From a virus, in the IMG/VR virus record IMGVR_UViG_3300028591_000123, positions 1 to 64,000 of that record: a stretch of DNA of 64,000 nt; one strand, 5' to 3'. Shown here in pieces: positions 27,489 to 38,486 of this stretch. How positions within the stretch are numbered: the stretch's first letter is position 1; every line of letters begins with the position of its first letter. The notes under the pieces are model-generated. The model was given only the letters and a program-made list of their open reading frames with translations. It was not told the DNA's origin and did not search any database. Position numbers and translations under genes: made by a program.

Positions 27489-30400
27489 TCATTCTTCCGT
27501 ATAGATATTTAATTTGGAAATCTCCCCTATCTCATTATTTATTTTTAATAATATATAAGGGTTCTCTATATCTAATTCGCCCCCTAAATGAGCTATTGGG
27601 AAATGAGTGTAATTGATATAATTATTATCTTTCTGCAGGGAGAATCTTAAATTAGATGTGATATGTGTCAGGTCTTCGCCATCCTCCACACACATTTTAA
27701 AATTGCCATTGTTGGTTGGAGTTCCTTTCAATTTATAATAATTGTTTTTATCTTGAGTTAAGGATTTAATTTTAATCCAATATGTTTTATCCTGTTCTAA
27801 TTTATCATAATTAAAGGAATAATTCATTGTTTTCATTCCGCTTTTCCAGGCGTTAACATAAATTGTCTTTAACTCCTTGTTCGGTGATCCTCCATAGTCA
27901 TCCATTAAACTTATCTTCAAAGTATTGTCAGGATTTCCAAAAAATCCGTTTGGGTATAGTGTCAAGCTTGTTATATCTGGATCATTCGCTTCAAAACTTT
28001 GGTATACAGTATTTGTAAGTTTAATTCCATCATATGGCTTATTATTCACTATATCAGTATATTTTGGCTGCTCAACATTTGTCGCCTCATTATATACAAG
28101 TGTGTTGTAAATCGTTGAGGAAGTTGGTTCACCATTTATAACAAGATTTGTTTTATCAATTTTATCAATTAATAATTCTGAATGTTGTCTTTGATATATT
28201 ATATCAATATCAATTTTATAAATATTAATAATCTGTCCCTTCTTTATTGATCCAAAATCAAAGTTTAATAAGATTCCCGTATTACAATACCGAGCATCCA
28301 TTTCAACATTATCTAACAAGAAATATTGATTGATGTTATTGATTGTTACAAATTGCTTTTCTTTTGAATATGATAATTTTGAACGTAATTCCTGTTTATT
28401 ATTGAAGGTCACTTTTAATTTTAAATTTGATATTTTCACATTACTATCTTTGGTATCGATTTTTATTCTGCATAATATATTGCTTAAGAGATTACTGGTT
28501 TGTATGTTCAATGGCATATGTATTTCAAAATATCCCTTTTGAATGTTTATGTCTTTACTTCCAAAGCCTTGGGTTGCTGTGAATAATTCAACAGAACCTA
28601 TTGTATCAAAGGAATTATTATACCCATCACATATTAATTCTATTTTTGACACATCTCTTAATGATATATTGAAATCGTTTTTGAAATCAAATTCCGTCCA
28701 ATAATTTCCATCAATTAAAACAAAATCATCACCAACATTCTTTTGATGATTTTTATTGAATGTGATTGATTCTTTTAAAGCGTTATTATACTCCTGAGTT
28801 TTGTCAGGATTGCTTTCATAAATTTGTTTTTGGAATCTCAAATACTCTTGGTTATCTTGCTGGGTTCTCGCAAAACTGATTTTTGAGTAATCCAGTATGA
28901 TGTCTTTGGTTGTTGTATCCTGAGTATAATTGATGTTGTTTTTATAATCAACCTTCATATAATTGCTTGCATTATTATTTATAATCGTATTGATTCCGAT
29001 ACCTTTTACTATTGCGTTTTCAGGAAGATTTGGATTTGGTATGAATAAAGAGATGTTTGTATCGGATGAATCTTCAACCGCTTTCAAACTAGCATAGGAA
29101 TTCTCGTCATCATTGATACGATATAATTTATTCCATTTTGAGTTTTCTAAATCAAGAATCTCATATGAATCGGTATGGACAATATCATAAAATTGAGGAG
29201 TATTATAAGTAATCTCATCTATTATATTATCCTCAAGGTCAAATTTATCGGCGTATTCAATATCATCACATCTTAATGTTGAAGTGTTTTTAATACGATT
29301 TGTATTTCTTATAGTCGCATCTATTGTGTTAAAGTCTTTAACATCAACATGTGTTAGATAATGCAGCTGTCCTTTTTTAAATGAGTAGAAGAATACAATG
29401 TTTCTTTTTGTTGCTGTATCTTGATATATTTCACATGCAATTTTATTTACCTCATTATCTAAAAATGATTTGACTGTTGTTACTTTATCGTTTTCAAATA
29501 TTTTATAAGATAATAAGTATGAGTTATAATTTTTCACATATTCATATGAAAAAATATGTTTCTTATTAAATACGATTGCTCTTTCTACAAATTCTTCAAA
29601 CTGAGTTACATTTAATAATATGATTTTTCTATTTTCTATTGGAATATCTTCATTGGTATCCTTGATATTGATGAATTTACTTTGCTTGAATACCTGACTA
29701 TATGATAATATGTTGGCGTTTGAGAAGACATGAACATCATTATTTTGTTTATCAAACGGTTGAAGAGTATTTGTTTTCTTATAAAATGATAATCTTTCTG
29801 AGTTTGAATTGATTATCATTGGGAAAGCATTATCTGGTTCATACATCTTCAATAATGGCTTTGTTTCTATTGTTTGAGAATCATTCCATAATAGTTCGTT
29901 ATCTTCAAAAACATCATCTGTTGTATCAATGGATGCCCTCATTTGTGATAATTGCATGCCGGGTTCTAAGATTGGGTAGTAATAGTTGCTGCTATGTTGC
30001 AAGGAAATCCATTTTTTATTTATATCATCATATTTTGTTTTTGAGATATTATATTTTATATTATCGAAATCTCCAATGTCTAAATCATATGTGAAGCTTC
30101 TATTCACATAGAAGTCGAAATCCATATCCAGATCAAAACTGCCGTTAATGATGAATCGAACGATAGGCTTTAATCCATATGGTTTTGTTTTTTCTATGAT
30201 AGGGGCTAATTCAGAATTTACGATTGGATAGAAATTTTTAGGAATTTGGTCTACAGGAATGTTTATAAAGAAAACACCCTCGGAGTATAGGGATTCTTTT
30301 GTGTAATACCTATAACCTCTGATTAAAGTGCCGTCTTCATCATATTTATTCATTCCGCTATATTCATCCCAGCTTTTCAAAGCCGCTATATATGTTAAAG

Positions 30401-31466
30401 CTTCTTCTTCTGTTTCACAGAACATTGTTTCTTCTGACCAATGTTCATTGTTTTCATAATCATCATAATATGTATATACATACCATCCATGACCAACCCA
30501 TTTGTTTTCATCCCAATTGTAATCCCTCAATGGCGGATAAATGAGATTAGCGATTTCATCATCTTCTCTCGCCCATCTGAATAGTCGATCAACCATATAT
30601 GAGAAAGTTGGGATAACTCCGATTTTTTGATAGATTTCACTTCTCAGCAATCCAAAACGATTGATGAAACCCTCAGGATGTAACGGCTGCAAATCCAATT
30701 TCATCTCATTATTGCCGCTTCTCAAATAATTAATGTTTATTACATTGGAATTTTCATTAATATGTCTGATCAAATCTCTTAAAGAGCTTCCTTCAAAAGT
30801 TTCAATAACATTTGAAGTATTCTCTTCTCGTCCTAAATATGTTAATGGGAAGTAATCCTTGTTCTTCAATTCAATGTCCTGATCATATAAGTCTAGTTCA
30901 ACTTTGGATAAGGAGTAATAGAATTCTTTTTTCTTCCACGCCTTATGAATTTCCTTTGTAAGCTGTGTTACGTTATCATTATAATCTGAGCTTTTCAGAT
31001 AATATCCTTTCTCATAAGGGTCAAAATTTAACACATCAATCCGATGATATGTTTCCGGGACATATTTTGTATATCCACAAGTTATTACCGTATTCGTAAA
31101 TTCAACAGATGTACTATCTCCATATGTGAGGAAATTGACATTATAAGCTCCTGATTCTGAACAGAATACATCAAAAGTTAATAAAATTGATTCTCCAGCT
31201 CTTAAATCACCAATCTCATAATATGTGTTTGTTAAGGTTTCGCCTCTTGTTTTCGCATTTGTAAAAACAACAGGCTCCTGGTTCAAAATCCAAACTCTAA
31301 CATTCGTCATTAAAGATGATGAAGCATTCTTTACATATAATTCATATTGATAATGTTGATTTGGAAATACAAAGGTTGTGCTTTGATTAACATTGATGAT
31401 GAGTTTTTTCTTTTCATTAATGATGCTGGATCCTAAACATTTTGTTGGTATACACCTATCAGCCAT
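27489..31466 (-). CDS. large adhesin-like virion protein (DUF11/CARDB-like Ig domain, beta-sandwich modules)
   Basis: 1325 aa; YELYVKNASSSLMTNVRV...IGDLRAGESILLTFDV resembles DUF11. Confidence 0.65.
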   Translation of the reverse strand: MADRCIPTKCLGSSIINEKKKLIINVNQSTTFVFPNQHYQYELYVKNASSSLMTNVRVWILNQEPVVFTNAKTRGETLTNTYYEIGDLRAGESILLTFDVFCSESGAYNVNFLTYGDSTSVEFTNTVITCGYTKYVPETYHRIDVLNFDPYEKGYYLKSSDYNDNVTQLTKEIHKAWKKKEFYYSLSKVELDLYDQDIELKNKDYFPLTYLGREENTSNVIETFEGSSLRDLIRHINENSNVININYLRSGNNEMKLDLQPLHPEGFINRFGLLRSEIYQKIGVIPTFSYMVDRLFRWAREDDEIANLIYPPLRDYNWDENKWVGHGWYVYTYYDDYENNEHWSEETMFCETEEEALTYIAALKSWDEYSGMNKYDEDGTLIRGYRYYTKESLYSEGVFFINIPVDQIPKNFYPIVNSELAPIIEKTKPYGLKPIVRFIINGSFDLDMDFDFYVNRSFTYDLDIGDFDNIKYNISKTKYDDINKKWISLQHSSNYYYPILEPGMQLSQMRASIDTTDDVFEDNELLWNDSQTIETKPLLKMYEPDNAFPMIINSNSERLSFYKKTNTLQPFDKQNNDVHVFSNANILSYSQVFKQSKFINIKDTNEDIPIENRKIILLNVTQFEEFVERAIVFNKKHIFSYEYVKNYNSYLLSYKIFENDKVTTVKSFLDNEVNKIACEIYQDTATKRNIVFFYSFKKGQLHYLTHVDVKDFNTIDATIRNTNRIKNTSTLRCDDIEYADKFDLEDNIIDEITYNTPQFYDIVHTDSYEILDLENSKWNKLYRINDDENSYASLKAVEDSSDTNISLFIPNPNLPENAIVKGIGINTIINNNASNYMKVDYKNNINYTQDTTTKDIILDYSKISFARTQQDNQEYLRFQKQIYESNPDKTQEYNNALKESITFNKNHQKNVGDDFVLIDGNYWTEFDFKNDFNISLRDVSKIELICDGYNNSFDTIGSVELFTATQGFGSKDINIQKGYFEIHMPLNIQTSNLLSNILCRIKIDTKDSNVKISNLKLKVTFNNKQELRSKLSYSKEKQFVTINNINQYFLLDNVEMDARYCNTGILLNFDFGSIKKGQIINIYKIDIDIIYQRQHSELLIDKIDKTNLVINGEPTSSTIYNTLVYNEATNVEQPKYTDIVNNKPYDGIKLTNTVYQSFEANDPDITSLTLYPNGFFGNPDNTLKISLMDDYGGSPNKELKTIYVNAWKSGMKTMNYSFNYDKLEQDKTYWIKIKSLTQDKNNYYKLKGTPTNNGNFKMCVEDGEDLTHITSNLRFSLQKDNNYINYTHFPIAHLGGELDIENPYILLKINNEIGEISKLNIYTEE

Positions 31467-31478
31467 TCTTTCGCCTCT

Positions 31479-34400
31479 TTAAATATTTACTATTAATCTT
31501 TTTTCCTTTGTTGCTTTTTGGTAATAATCGTTATCAATATTAGTTATAATATCTATATAATCATTATCGTAATCTATTGGAATTTGATAATATAATACAG
31601 AACATATATTTCCATTTGGCAACTTGCTTGTTTGAGTGATTAACTGCTTGTTATTTATTTCATTATTGACCTGAATATGTTCTATAGGTTCTCCTATTAA
31701 ATTATCAGCTTCTTCGGATATAGTGTTTACAATAACAATTGTATCCCCCGGAGAACAGGACTCTATCTCAGAACCGAATGAAATGTTATTGAATGATTCT
31801 TCATTATACACTTGAGTTTCGATTACCGCATTTGTCTTTTCAATATCATATTTGTTTTCATAATTATATGCTTGTATTTTGATATGGGAATTTGAATTCA
31901 GATTATTAGCCTTTAATTGTATTTTCATGATTTCAGTACGATTTGATTCAATATTATTTAAAGTCCAATATAAGTAATTGTTTTTCGTACTATGTTTTAC
32001 ATAATCATAGCTTCCATTTGTTAGGCTTGTGACATTTATTAGGTCATAATCACCCAAGCTAATTACAATATTCACATCCTTATTAGGTTTGCTTTTGTTT
32101 TTAATCTGAACTGTTAAAATATTTAAATTATTCTGTTGAACAATTTTCTGAGATAAATAACCATTTATTTCAAGATTAGTCGGAGTATTGTAGAAAATTC
32201 TTTTAGTCTTAACAAGATTAATGAAGTCATCATTAGGGATTGTTGAGATGCTTGTTTTAAATGTTTGATTGTTTTTAATCGCCTTATATCTTACATCGAC
32301 ATATGTTTTTTGATTTGCTTTTAGAGTGTCATCTCCTGAGGCGTTCGTTACATATAACTCATCTCCAGAGAAATACAATTTGCCATCTTCAATATATCCA
32401 TTATCGGAACTGACTTCTATCATTTCAGGAGAATTCTGAATTTGCACCCATAACTTGTCTTTCGGGATATCGTATGTTGTGTCTAAATTTTTAATTGTGT
32501 ATCTAAGATTGATGTAACATTCTTCACCGATATAATCTTTAGATACATCTTCATTATTTTCATTTAAAACTGATATGATGTTTCCTTCCCGATCTCTCGT
32601 TATAGTGTACTCTCCATCTGTAATCTTCACATTGCATCCATCATATTCCATTCCCGCATCAATATCTATATAATCATCTTCACAGATAATTTTCAAATCA
32701 TCATCTGGGATTGGACATATGTTTGTTTCGACAATAATCAAATCATTTACAATAAATTTCGCAGCATTATGAAGATAATCATACATTACATTATCGACTT
32801 CATTTTCATTATAACTATAAGTAGTAATTGGAGTTCCATTGATTTTTAAGTTTAAGAAAACTTCTCGTTTCTCATCATCTGAAAATGGAAGTTTCATGGT
32901 GATTTCTTCATTTGCATATAAAGTGTTTAAGGCAATACAGACATTTGTTGTGTCGTCATCTATTATCTTAATAAATGTGAGATTTGGATTTAATTCGTAG
33001 AAATATGTTTTAAAATTATTGAATATTCCATCGCTGCCCCATTCATTACTGTAAACATATTCATTGTTTTCATCATCATAAACAAATGGGTTTAACTCTA
33101 TATAAACATTTTTTAAATCTTCATCGCTTTTGTTTTTTATTGTTAATAATCCATGTCTTAATTCAAATAAAGGAGCTTTTCCTCCGTTTATTTTGCAGAA
33201 TATCTTATCATAGTAATCATCATATTCATCAACATAAGCATAGATTGGGTAGGTTATGTTATCTCCTTCTCTTATTACTAATGAATCATAAGAGAATTCT
33301 CCTCGGCTTCTTATGTATAGTTTATCAGCATATTTTTGATGTTGACGAGTGATTTGTATTGTTTCTGTTTCTGTTATATCTTTACATTTGTTATTATAAG
33401 AAAATCCGATTTCAAATTGACCTGCGAAGTATTTTCCAATTTCTGTTCTGATATTACCATTTCCATCGATTGTATACCTTGGGTTTGTTTTGTTTTCATC
33501 GAATGTTGGATTTATTACATAAATCTCCGGAGTTTCAACAGGTTCTGTGTCGATTCTTTTAATTATATAATAATATTTTGTTGGATCTTCTTTATAACTT
33601 TGAAAAGTTTTTTTATTAAACTTATTTCCTGATTCATCAATGATTTCTGTCTTGAATTGAAAATTCGGACCCCTTATGATAATATCCTGATTCTGATCAG
33701 GGGTTGTATGATTATCAAAATATACTCTTACATTATATATTCCACATGCTAATTTTGATAATTCATTATATAATCCTTGATTAAGATCGGGTTCAGGAGA
33801 TACCTCGGTTTCCTGGTTGCTGTTGTAATCATATATCTTCAATGATATATTATTATAACATGTTTCTTTACTATCAATAACATTAAAATAATTGGTTTTG
33901 CTATCATATGGGTATCCAAGGGTAAATTTATTGATAATACTTACTGATGGTGTTTTTGTCATAACAACATTGACATTATATTTCCCAGATGTTTTCTTGA
34001 TTGAATTGGATGTGCTTTGATAATATATTGCATAAGTTTTCGCTACCGCTTTCTCCGTAGCTTTATATATGTATGTTTTTGTAAGAGAATTTTCATTTGA
34101 GATGGTTTGAATTAGTTTAATGTTGTTGTTCTCATAAACGGGCTTTAATGTTTGATAAGCTTCTTTGTTATTCATTTTCACAGTATGTGTGATTGTCTTA
34201 TAACATTTGTTGTTGTCAAGCCCGTCCTGGTTTTTATATAAAGTATTTCCTTGGGTTGTGATTGTGAATTTAGGACCGTCCAAAGGAACATAGTCAATGG
34301 ATATGTTAAAATCCTTCAAATAAATTATGCAAGGATTTGTTCTGATGTTTTTATCATATGATAATGTTATTTCAAACTCATCCTTTGATGTGTCTACTTC

Positions 34401-34940
34401 AAAATCTTCATTGAATGTGAGTGAGATTGCATTGTATTCACCAATTTTTGGTCCATTCGCTGATTTTTTATTTTTTGGCGTCTTTATATAACAATGTTCA
34501 AAGAATCCTCCCCAATTATTGTATTGTTTCCCATTAGACACATCTATGCCGCAATTTTTATGTTTAAGTGACACAACGATCTTTTTTATCTTTATTCTTC
34601 CTTTTACATTATGTTCTTCAAAATTGAAATTTGAAAATCTTATAGGAGATGGCTGAACATAATCACCACATGCCCCAGCGATTGGACAAACATTCCTGAA
34701 TCCTTTTATTCCATAATATTCAGCGTGGCTGCATGAATGATTATTTTTATGTCCGCATTGAGCTACTTTTCCATTTTTTAGGTTGTTGAGATTATCCCAG
34801 TCGTGATAATACTGATTATCTCCAGCCCATGGACATGTCTTCCATCCTTGACCATCATTATAATAATGTTTTTTTCCAATCTTCTTGTGTTCATCAATGG
34901 CTTTAATTGTTTTTGGTTTTAGTTGTTTAATTGTTGCCAT
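31479..34940 (-). CDS. large adhesin-like virion protein with C-terminal DUF11-like domain
   Basis: 1153 aa; LTVQIKNK...YWTLNNIESNRTEIMKIQLKA; Cys/His-rich N-terminus. Confidence 0.65.
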   Translation of the reverse strand: MATIKQLKPKTIKAIDEHKKIGKKHYYNDGQGWKTCPWAGDNQYYHDWDNLNNLKNGKVAQCGHKNNHSCSHAEYYGIKGFRNVCPIAGACGDYVQPSPIRFSNFNFEEHNVKGRIKIKKIVVSLKHKNCGIDVSNGKQYNNWGGFFEHCYIKTPKNKKSANGPKIGEYNAISLTFNEDFEVDTSKDEFEITLSYDKNIRTNPCIIYLKDFNISIDYVPLDGPKFTITTQGNTLYKNQDGLDNNKCYKTITHTVKMNNKEAYQTLKPVYENNNIKLIQTISNENSLTKTYIYKATEKAVAKTYAIYYQSTSNSIKKTSGKYNVNVVMTKTPSVSIINKFTLGYPYDSKTNYFNVIDSKETCYNNISLKIYDYNSNQETEVSPEPDLNQGLYNELSKLACGIYNVRVYFDNHTTPDQNQDIIIRGPNFQFKTEIIDESGNKFNKKTFQSYKEDPTKYYYIIKRIDTEPVETPEIYVINPTFDENKTNPRYTIDGNGNIRTEIGKYFAGQFEIGFSYNNKCKDITETETIQITRQHQKYADKLYIRSRGEFSYDSLVIREGDNITYPIYAYVDEYDDYYDKIFCKINGGKAPLFELRHGLLTIKNKSDEDLKNVYIELNPFVYDDENNEYVYSNEWGSDGIFNNFKTYFYELNPNLTFIKIIDDDTTNVCIALNTLYANEEITMKLPFSDDEKREVFLNLKINGTPITTYSYNENEVDNVMYDYLHNAAKFIVNDLIIVETNICPIPDDDLKIICEDDYIDIDAGMEYDGCNVKITDGEYTITRDREGNIISVLNENNEDVSKDYIGEECYINLRYTIKNLDTTYDIPKDKLWVQIQNSPEMIEVSSDNGYIEDGKLYFSGDELYVTNASGDDTLKANQKTYVDVRYKAIKNNQTFKTSISTIPNDDFINLVKTKRIFYNTPTNLEINGYLSQKIVQQNNLNILTVQIKNKSKPNKDVNIVISLGDYDLINVTSLTNGSYDYVKHSTKNNYLYWTLNNIESNRTEIMKIQLKANNLNSNSHIKIQAYNYENKYDIEKTNAVIETQVYNEESFNNISFGSEIESCSPGDTIVIVNTISEEADNLIGEPIEHIQVNNEINNKQLITQTSKLPNGNICSVLYYQIPIDYDNDYIDIITNIDNDYYQKATKEKRLIVNI

Positions 34941-35785
34941 TATTCTTCAACCTCGTCTGTGTCTTGATATGCTGATAATGGAATCTCATTCTCTTCTTTC
35001 CATTTTGTGAACGTGCCGGTTTGAGGGTAACAATTCAATTGTCTATCAGTATAATATTCAGTATGTGTATCTACAAACAAATCTTCGGAGATATACTTTA
35101 ATGTGGATACGTATTTTTCATTCTCTAATAATGTTTCTGGAAATCCATTTCTCATATTGCGTTCTGAAAATACATAATTGTTATCAATATTGAATTCGTA
35201 GTCTTCATCATCATCTTCTTTTTTTGCATTCTGTAGGATATTCTTTTGAGTGTTTAATTTGCTAAGCATCAAGGATGTGGAATCCCATTCAGTATTTGTT
35301 GAATCCAATAATCCAATCACATTTATTCTGCTTAACTCCCCAACAATATCAATCTGTATGTTTTTCATTAATGGATCGACATCTCTTAATGGACTTATGT
35401 ATTCATGAAGAGATTCATCATCATTATGAATTCCCTCTTCATCTGTATCTTCATCATTATGAAGGATCAAATAATCCATATTATGCACCTCTTTTGGAAG
35501 AACATGCATAATTAATCCATTTGTTAAGTAATCACATCTTATATAAAACCAGCCTTTATAATATTCATACTTGAATATGTGATTGTCATTGTCGGTAAAC
35601 GCGATGTTTGAATAATCATCATTATATATGTTCGCAGATAAAACAGGTAAGCTATCTAAGCTAATTTTCAGATTCACAACAGATTGTATTTCCTCTGGAT
35701 CATGATTCTCATCCGTTTCAATTTTTATCACGAATTTTTGATGATATCTTTTTAAGTATTCAGTCACACTCGTCATTAATAACAC
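34940..35785 (-). CDS. hypothetical structural protein
   Basis: 281-aa acidic ORF overlapping both neighbours in the late operon. Confidence 0.6.
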   Translation of the reverse strand: MLLMTSVTEYLKRYHQKFVIKIETDENHDPEEIQSVVNLKISLDSLPVLSANIYNDDYSNIAFTDNDNHIFKYEYYKGWFYIRCDYLTNGLIMHVLPKEVHNMDYLILHNDEDTDEEGIHNDDESLHEYISPLRDVDPLMKNIQIDIVGELSRINVIGLLDSTNTEWDSTSLMLSKLNTQKNILQNAKKEDDDEDYEFNIDNNYVFSERNMRNGFPETLLENEKYVSTLKYISEDLFVDTHTEYYTDRQLNCYPQTGTFTKWKEENEIPLSAYQDTDEVEE

Positions 35786-38477
35786 CTGTTGTATGTCTTA
35801 TTGTTTTTGTTATTATCTCCTTGTCGCAAATCAAGGATATATCATAAACTCCGGTTTGTGAATATCGTATTGGAACATGGATGGATAAGTTTTCACCCTT
35901 ATTGAATGTTTTCGGTAATTGAATGATGATAGGACCGTCTGAATGCATCCACATGTTAGTTGAATTATCATAATATTCTATTTCAGGAGGCAGAACCAGG
36001 AACAATCTTTTATTGTTGATATTGACATCCCCATTGTTTTTCACATAAATATCAACTATCTTTTGGCTTTCTCCATTCCACCATCTCTCCCATGAGTATG
36101 GATAGAATTTTGAAGGAGGGATATACATGATCTCCGCATGACCCTCATTGAGGAGTGACTTATTCAGGTTCATATATCCATCCCTGTATGGGTAATAGAC
36201 AACCGCAAGAGTTCTTCCATAAGTTGTTCTTACATTGCCATCATCATCTGTATCCTTATCAATGTATAAGTATTTCTGATAACATTTTTCATATGTGAAA
36301 TCCATCGCGAGGCGTCCGCGTTCATATTCCTCTCTGACCTTTTCATCAGTTTCGGCTTCGACCTCATCGGCCAGGGTATGCGGAATCTCAGGACAGTTCA
36401 CTCCAACAAGCCTTACTCTATAAGTCTTGTTTTCTGAATCCCTCACATCGATCGTATCTCCATCTACAATATTATAACAATATACTTTTTCAGCTTCATC
36501 AAGATTTGGTTCATCGACGGATGGAGTGTTGCTGATGTACATTGATGCCTTATATTTTTCTTCGACAAATTTATAATATACTGTGAGAGTTATCTTATTT
36601 ATCTTAAATTTAGCCTTGTTTATCGGGTCAAGGTTTTGGAAACCAAGATGCAGGTATATTATCTGCTGAAGCTGGTTGTTTGAGATTTTTTCATTTGGGT
36701 AGTTGAACACATGGTTTTTGTCTCCAATCGTGTATGTTGATTTCCCTCTTTCCCATTCAACATATTCATCTCCGATGTTGAGTTGAACATATTCTATATC
36801 AGAGTCCTGATGAACATACATTTCACTATATTTGTTCGCTATATTAACATATGAATCTTCTGTCAAAGTCAAGTGATTGGAATATATGTCATGCTTGCCA
36901 TGGAATTTGATTTCCATTCCCGTTATTTCCGTGTTCTGCGGGATTCTTGGAACTTGGAACGGAAGAATTATCGTTTCCGTTTCAAATGATCTTTCAGCGA
37001 TATAATCTTCTTTATATGGGTTCAGTTCTATCTCCGCATAACTGTCATCCGCTTGTGATGTTAATGCGTTGATGTTCTTCCATTCCTTTTGTGATAATGT
37101 CTTGTTTGTTTTTATATTGATTTTATTTGTTGGCTTGACCGGTCCTGTTGAGGTTGTGAGATTCTCGGTGGACGGCACGGTTTCGGTGTATAAGTAAAGG
37201 TCTTCAATATAAGGATCCGTAACTTCCACATATGCCAGGTTATTGCCGTCGGTATCTGATATGAAACATCCATTGATAGCGTCATAGTTCTCTTTATACT
37301 CGTTTAACAGTCTTTTTTCGTACCAATAGTCCTGTTCTATATCATACCTGTAGTACCTTGGGTATGTGTATCTCTCTTCTTCGGCGGTTATATCTGTTCT
37401 GTAATATCGTCGAGGCATGTTGAAGATTTTTCCCCAATGATCAAGAACCTTGTTTGTGTCAAATGTGACATCAATTAATTCATTATTGTAGTTGGTGTTT
37501 AATACTGAATACTCTTCCTGAGGGAATCCTATGGCGATTGGATATTCGATTCCGTAGTATTCGATTATTGCGTAGAATATTTCACAATCGAATTCTGTTG
37601 TTATCATATCATATGTGACTCGCTCAAGGCTTGAATATGTCTTAACATATAATTCACTCCACCCTTCATTAGAGTTAAATTCATGACAGAAGTACCCAAA
37701 TAATCTTACCCGTCTTAAAGGAAAAGCACTTGGAGTCCATAATCTTACATTTTGTTCCGTTACATATACAGGACGAAGCAATTCCACATTCAAATCACAT
37801 ACACAATCAGCATTATCCTTGAAATATTCAATATCAATCTGAAGCTCTGTCTTCTTATTCTCATCCAAAACATTATCGGTTTCCTCATCTCTCTGGACAG
37901 GCTTGATTTTTTTAAGATTGCCTTCAACCCGATCGACATATCGTCCATCCACATAGCTTCTTTGTCCTATAGCATCTTCATCATTAATAAGGACCTTTTC
38001 TTCCTTGGTGTCGATTACAATATGAGATTTGGTATCTATATCATGAATTAAGAGCTCCTGATTCGCATTTGTGATTCTCAATGTCTTTATCTTATATATA
38101 TTGATGTCAAAACTCTTCAAGCCATCAGCATCCCTATGATAAGGATGCAATTCCAGATCAATAATGACATCGCAGTCGCGCTTGGTATTAGGAAAACCCA
38201 CTACTATGGGGTTGTCTTTCTGCAAAGTCAATCCCTTGTTTTGTTTTATCCAATCATCCTTATATGGAACATACTCATGCTTCCAATTCACTTCCTCAGG
38301 CAAGTATTTCCATAACATCCATGGTTGCATGACAGCCATGTATGGAAGAAACTCCTTAAGCACGTCTCTAATGACAACTGAAGAATAATGATTAACAACA
38401 GTTAAGAATAAATCATCTTTCCACCATTCAGGCAGTCTTGTCCATATTTCATAATTTTCAACATCAAAAGCTCCCAT
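35760..38477 (-). CDS. baseplate wedge/tail protein with inserted staphylococcal-nuclease (thermonuclease) domain and C-terminal CARDB-like domain
   Basis: Follows gp25/J genes; LDHWGKIFNMPR resembles gpI-type wedge proteins; IVDGDTIDV, VRLVGVNCPE, YGRTLAVVY and LLNEGHA at ~36090-36495. Confidence 0.75.
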   Translation of the reverse strand: MGAFDVENYEIWTRLPEWWKDDLFLTVVNHYSSVVIRDVLKEFLPYMAVMQPWMLWKYLPEEVNWKHEYVPYKDDWIKQNKGLTLQKDNPIVVGFPNTKRDCDVIIDLELHPYHRDADGLKSFDINIYKIKTLRITNANQELLIHDIDTKSHIVIDTKEEKVLINDEDAIGQRSYVDGRYVDRVEGNLKKIKPVQRDEETDNVLDENKKTELQIDIEYFKDNADCVCDLNVELLRPVYVTEQNVRLWTPSAFPLRRVRLFGYFCHEFNSNEGWSELYVKTYSSLERVTYDMITTEFDCEIFYAIIEYYGIEYPIAIGFPQEEYSVLNTNYNNELIDVTFDTNKVLDHWGKIFNMPRRYYRTDITAEEERYTYPRYYRYDIEQDYWYEKRLLNEYKENYDAINGCFISDTDGNNLAYVEVTDPYIEDLYLYTETVPSTENLTTSTGPVKPTNKINIKTNKTLSQKEWKNINALTSQADDSYAEIELNPYKEDYIAERSFETETIILPFQVPRIPQNTEITGMEIKFHGKHDIYSNHLTLTEDSYVNIANKYSEMYVHQDSDIEYVQLNIGDEYVEWERGKSTYTIGDKNHVFNYPNEKISNNQLQQIIYLHLGFQNLDPINKAKFKINKITLTVYYKFVEEKYKASMYISNTPSVDEPNLDEAEKVYCYNIVDGDTIDVRDSENKTYRVRLVGVNCPEIPHTLADEVEAETDEKVREEYERGRLAMDFTYEKCYQKYLYIDKDTDDDGNVRTTYGRTLAVVYYPYRDGYMNLNKSLLNEGHAEIMYIPPSKFYPYSWERWWNGESQKIVDIYVKNNGDVNINNKRLFLVLPPEIEYYDNSTNMWMHSDGPIIIQLPKTFNKGENLSIHVPIRYSQTGVYDISLICDKEIITKTIRHTTGVINDECD

Positions 38478-38486
38478 TTTCTAACC

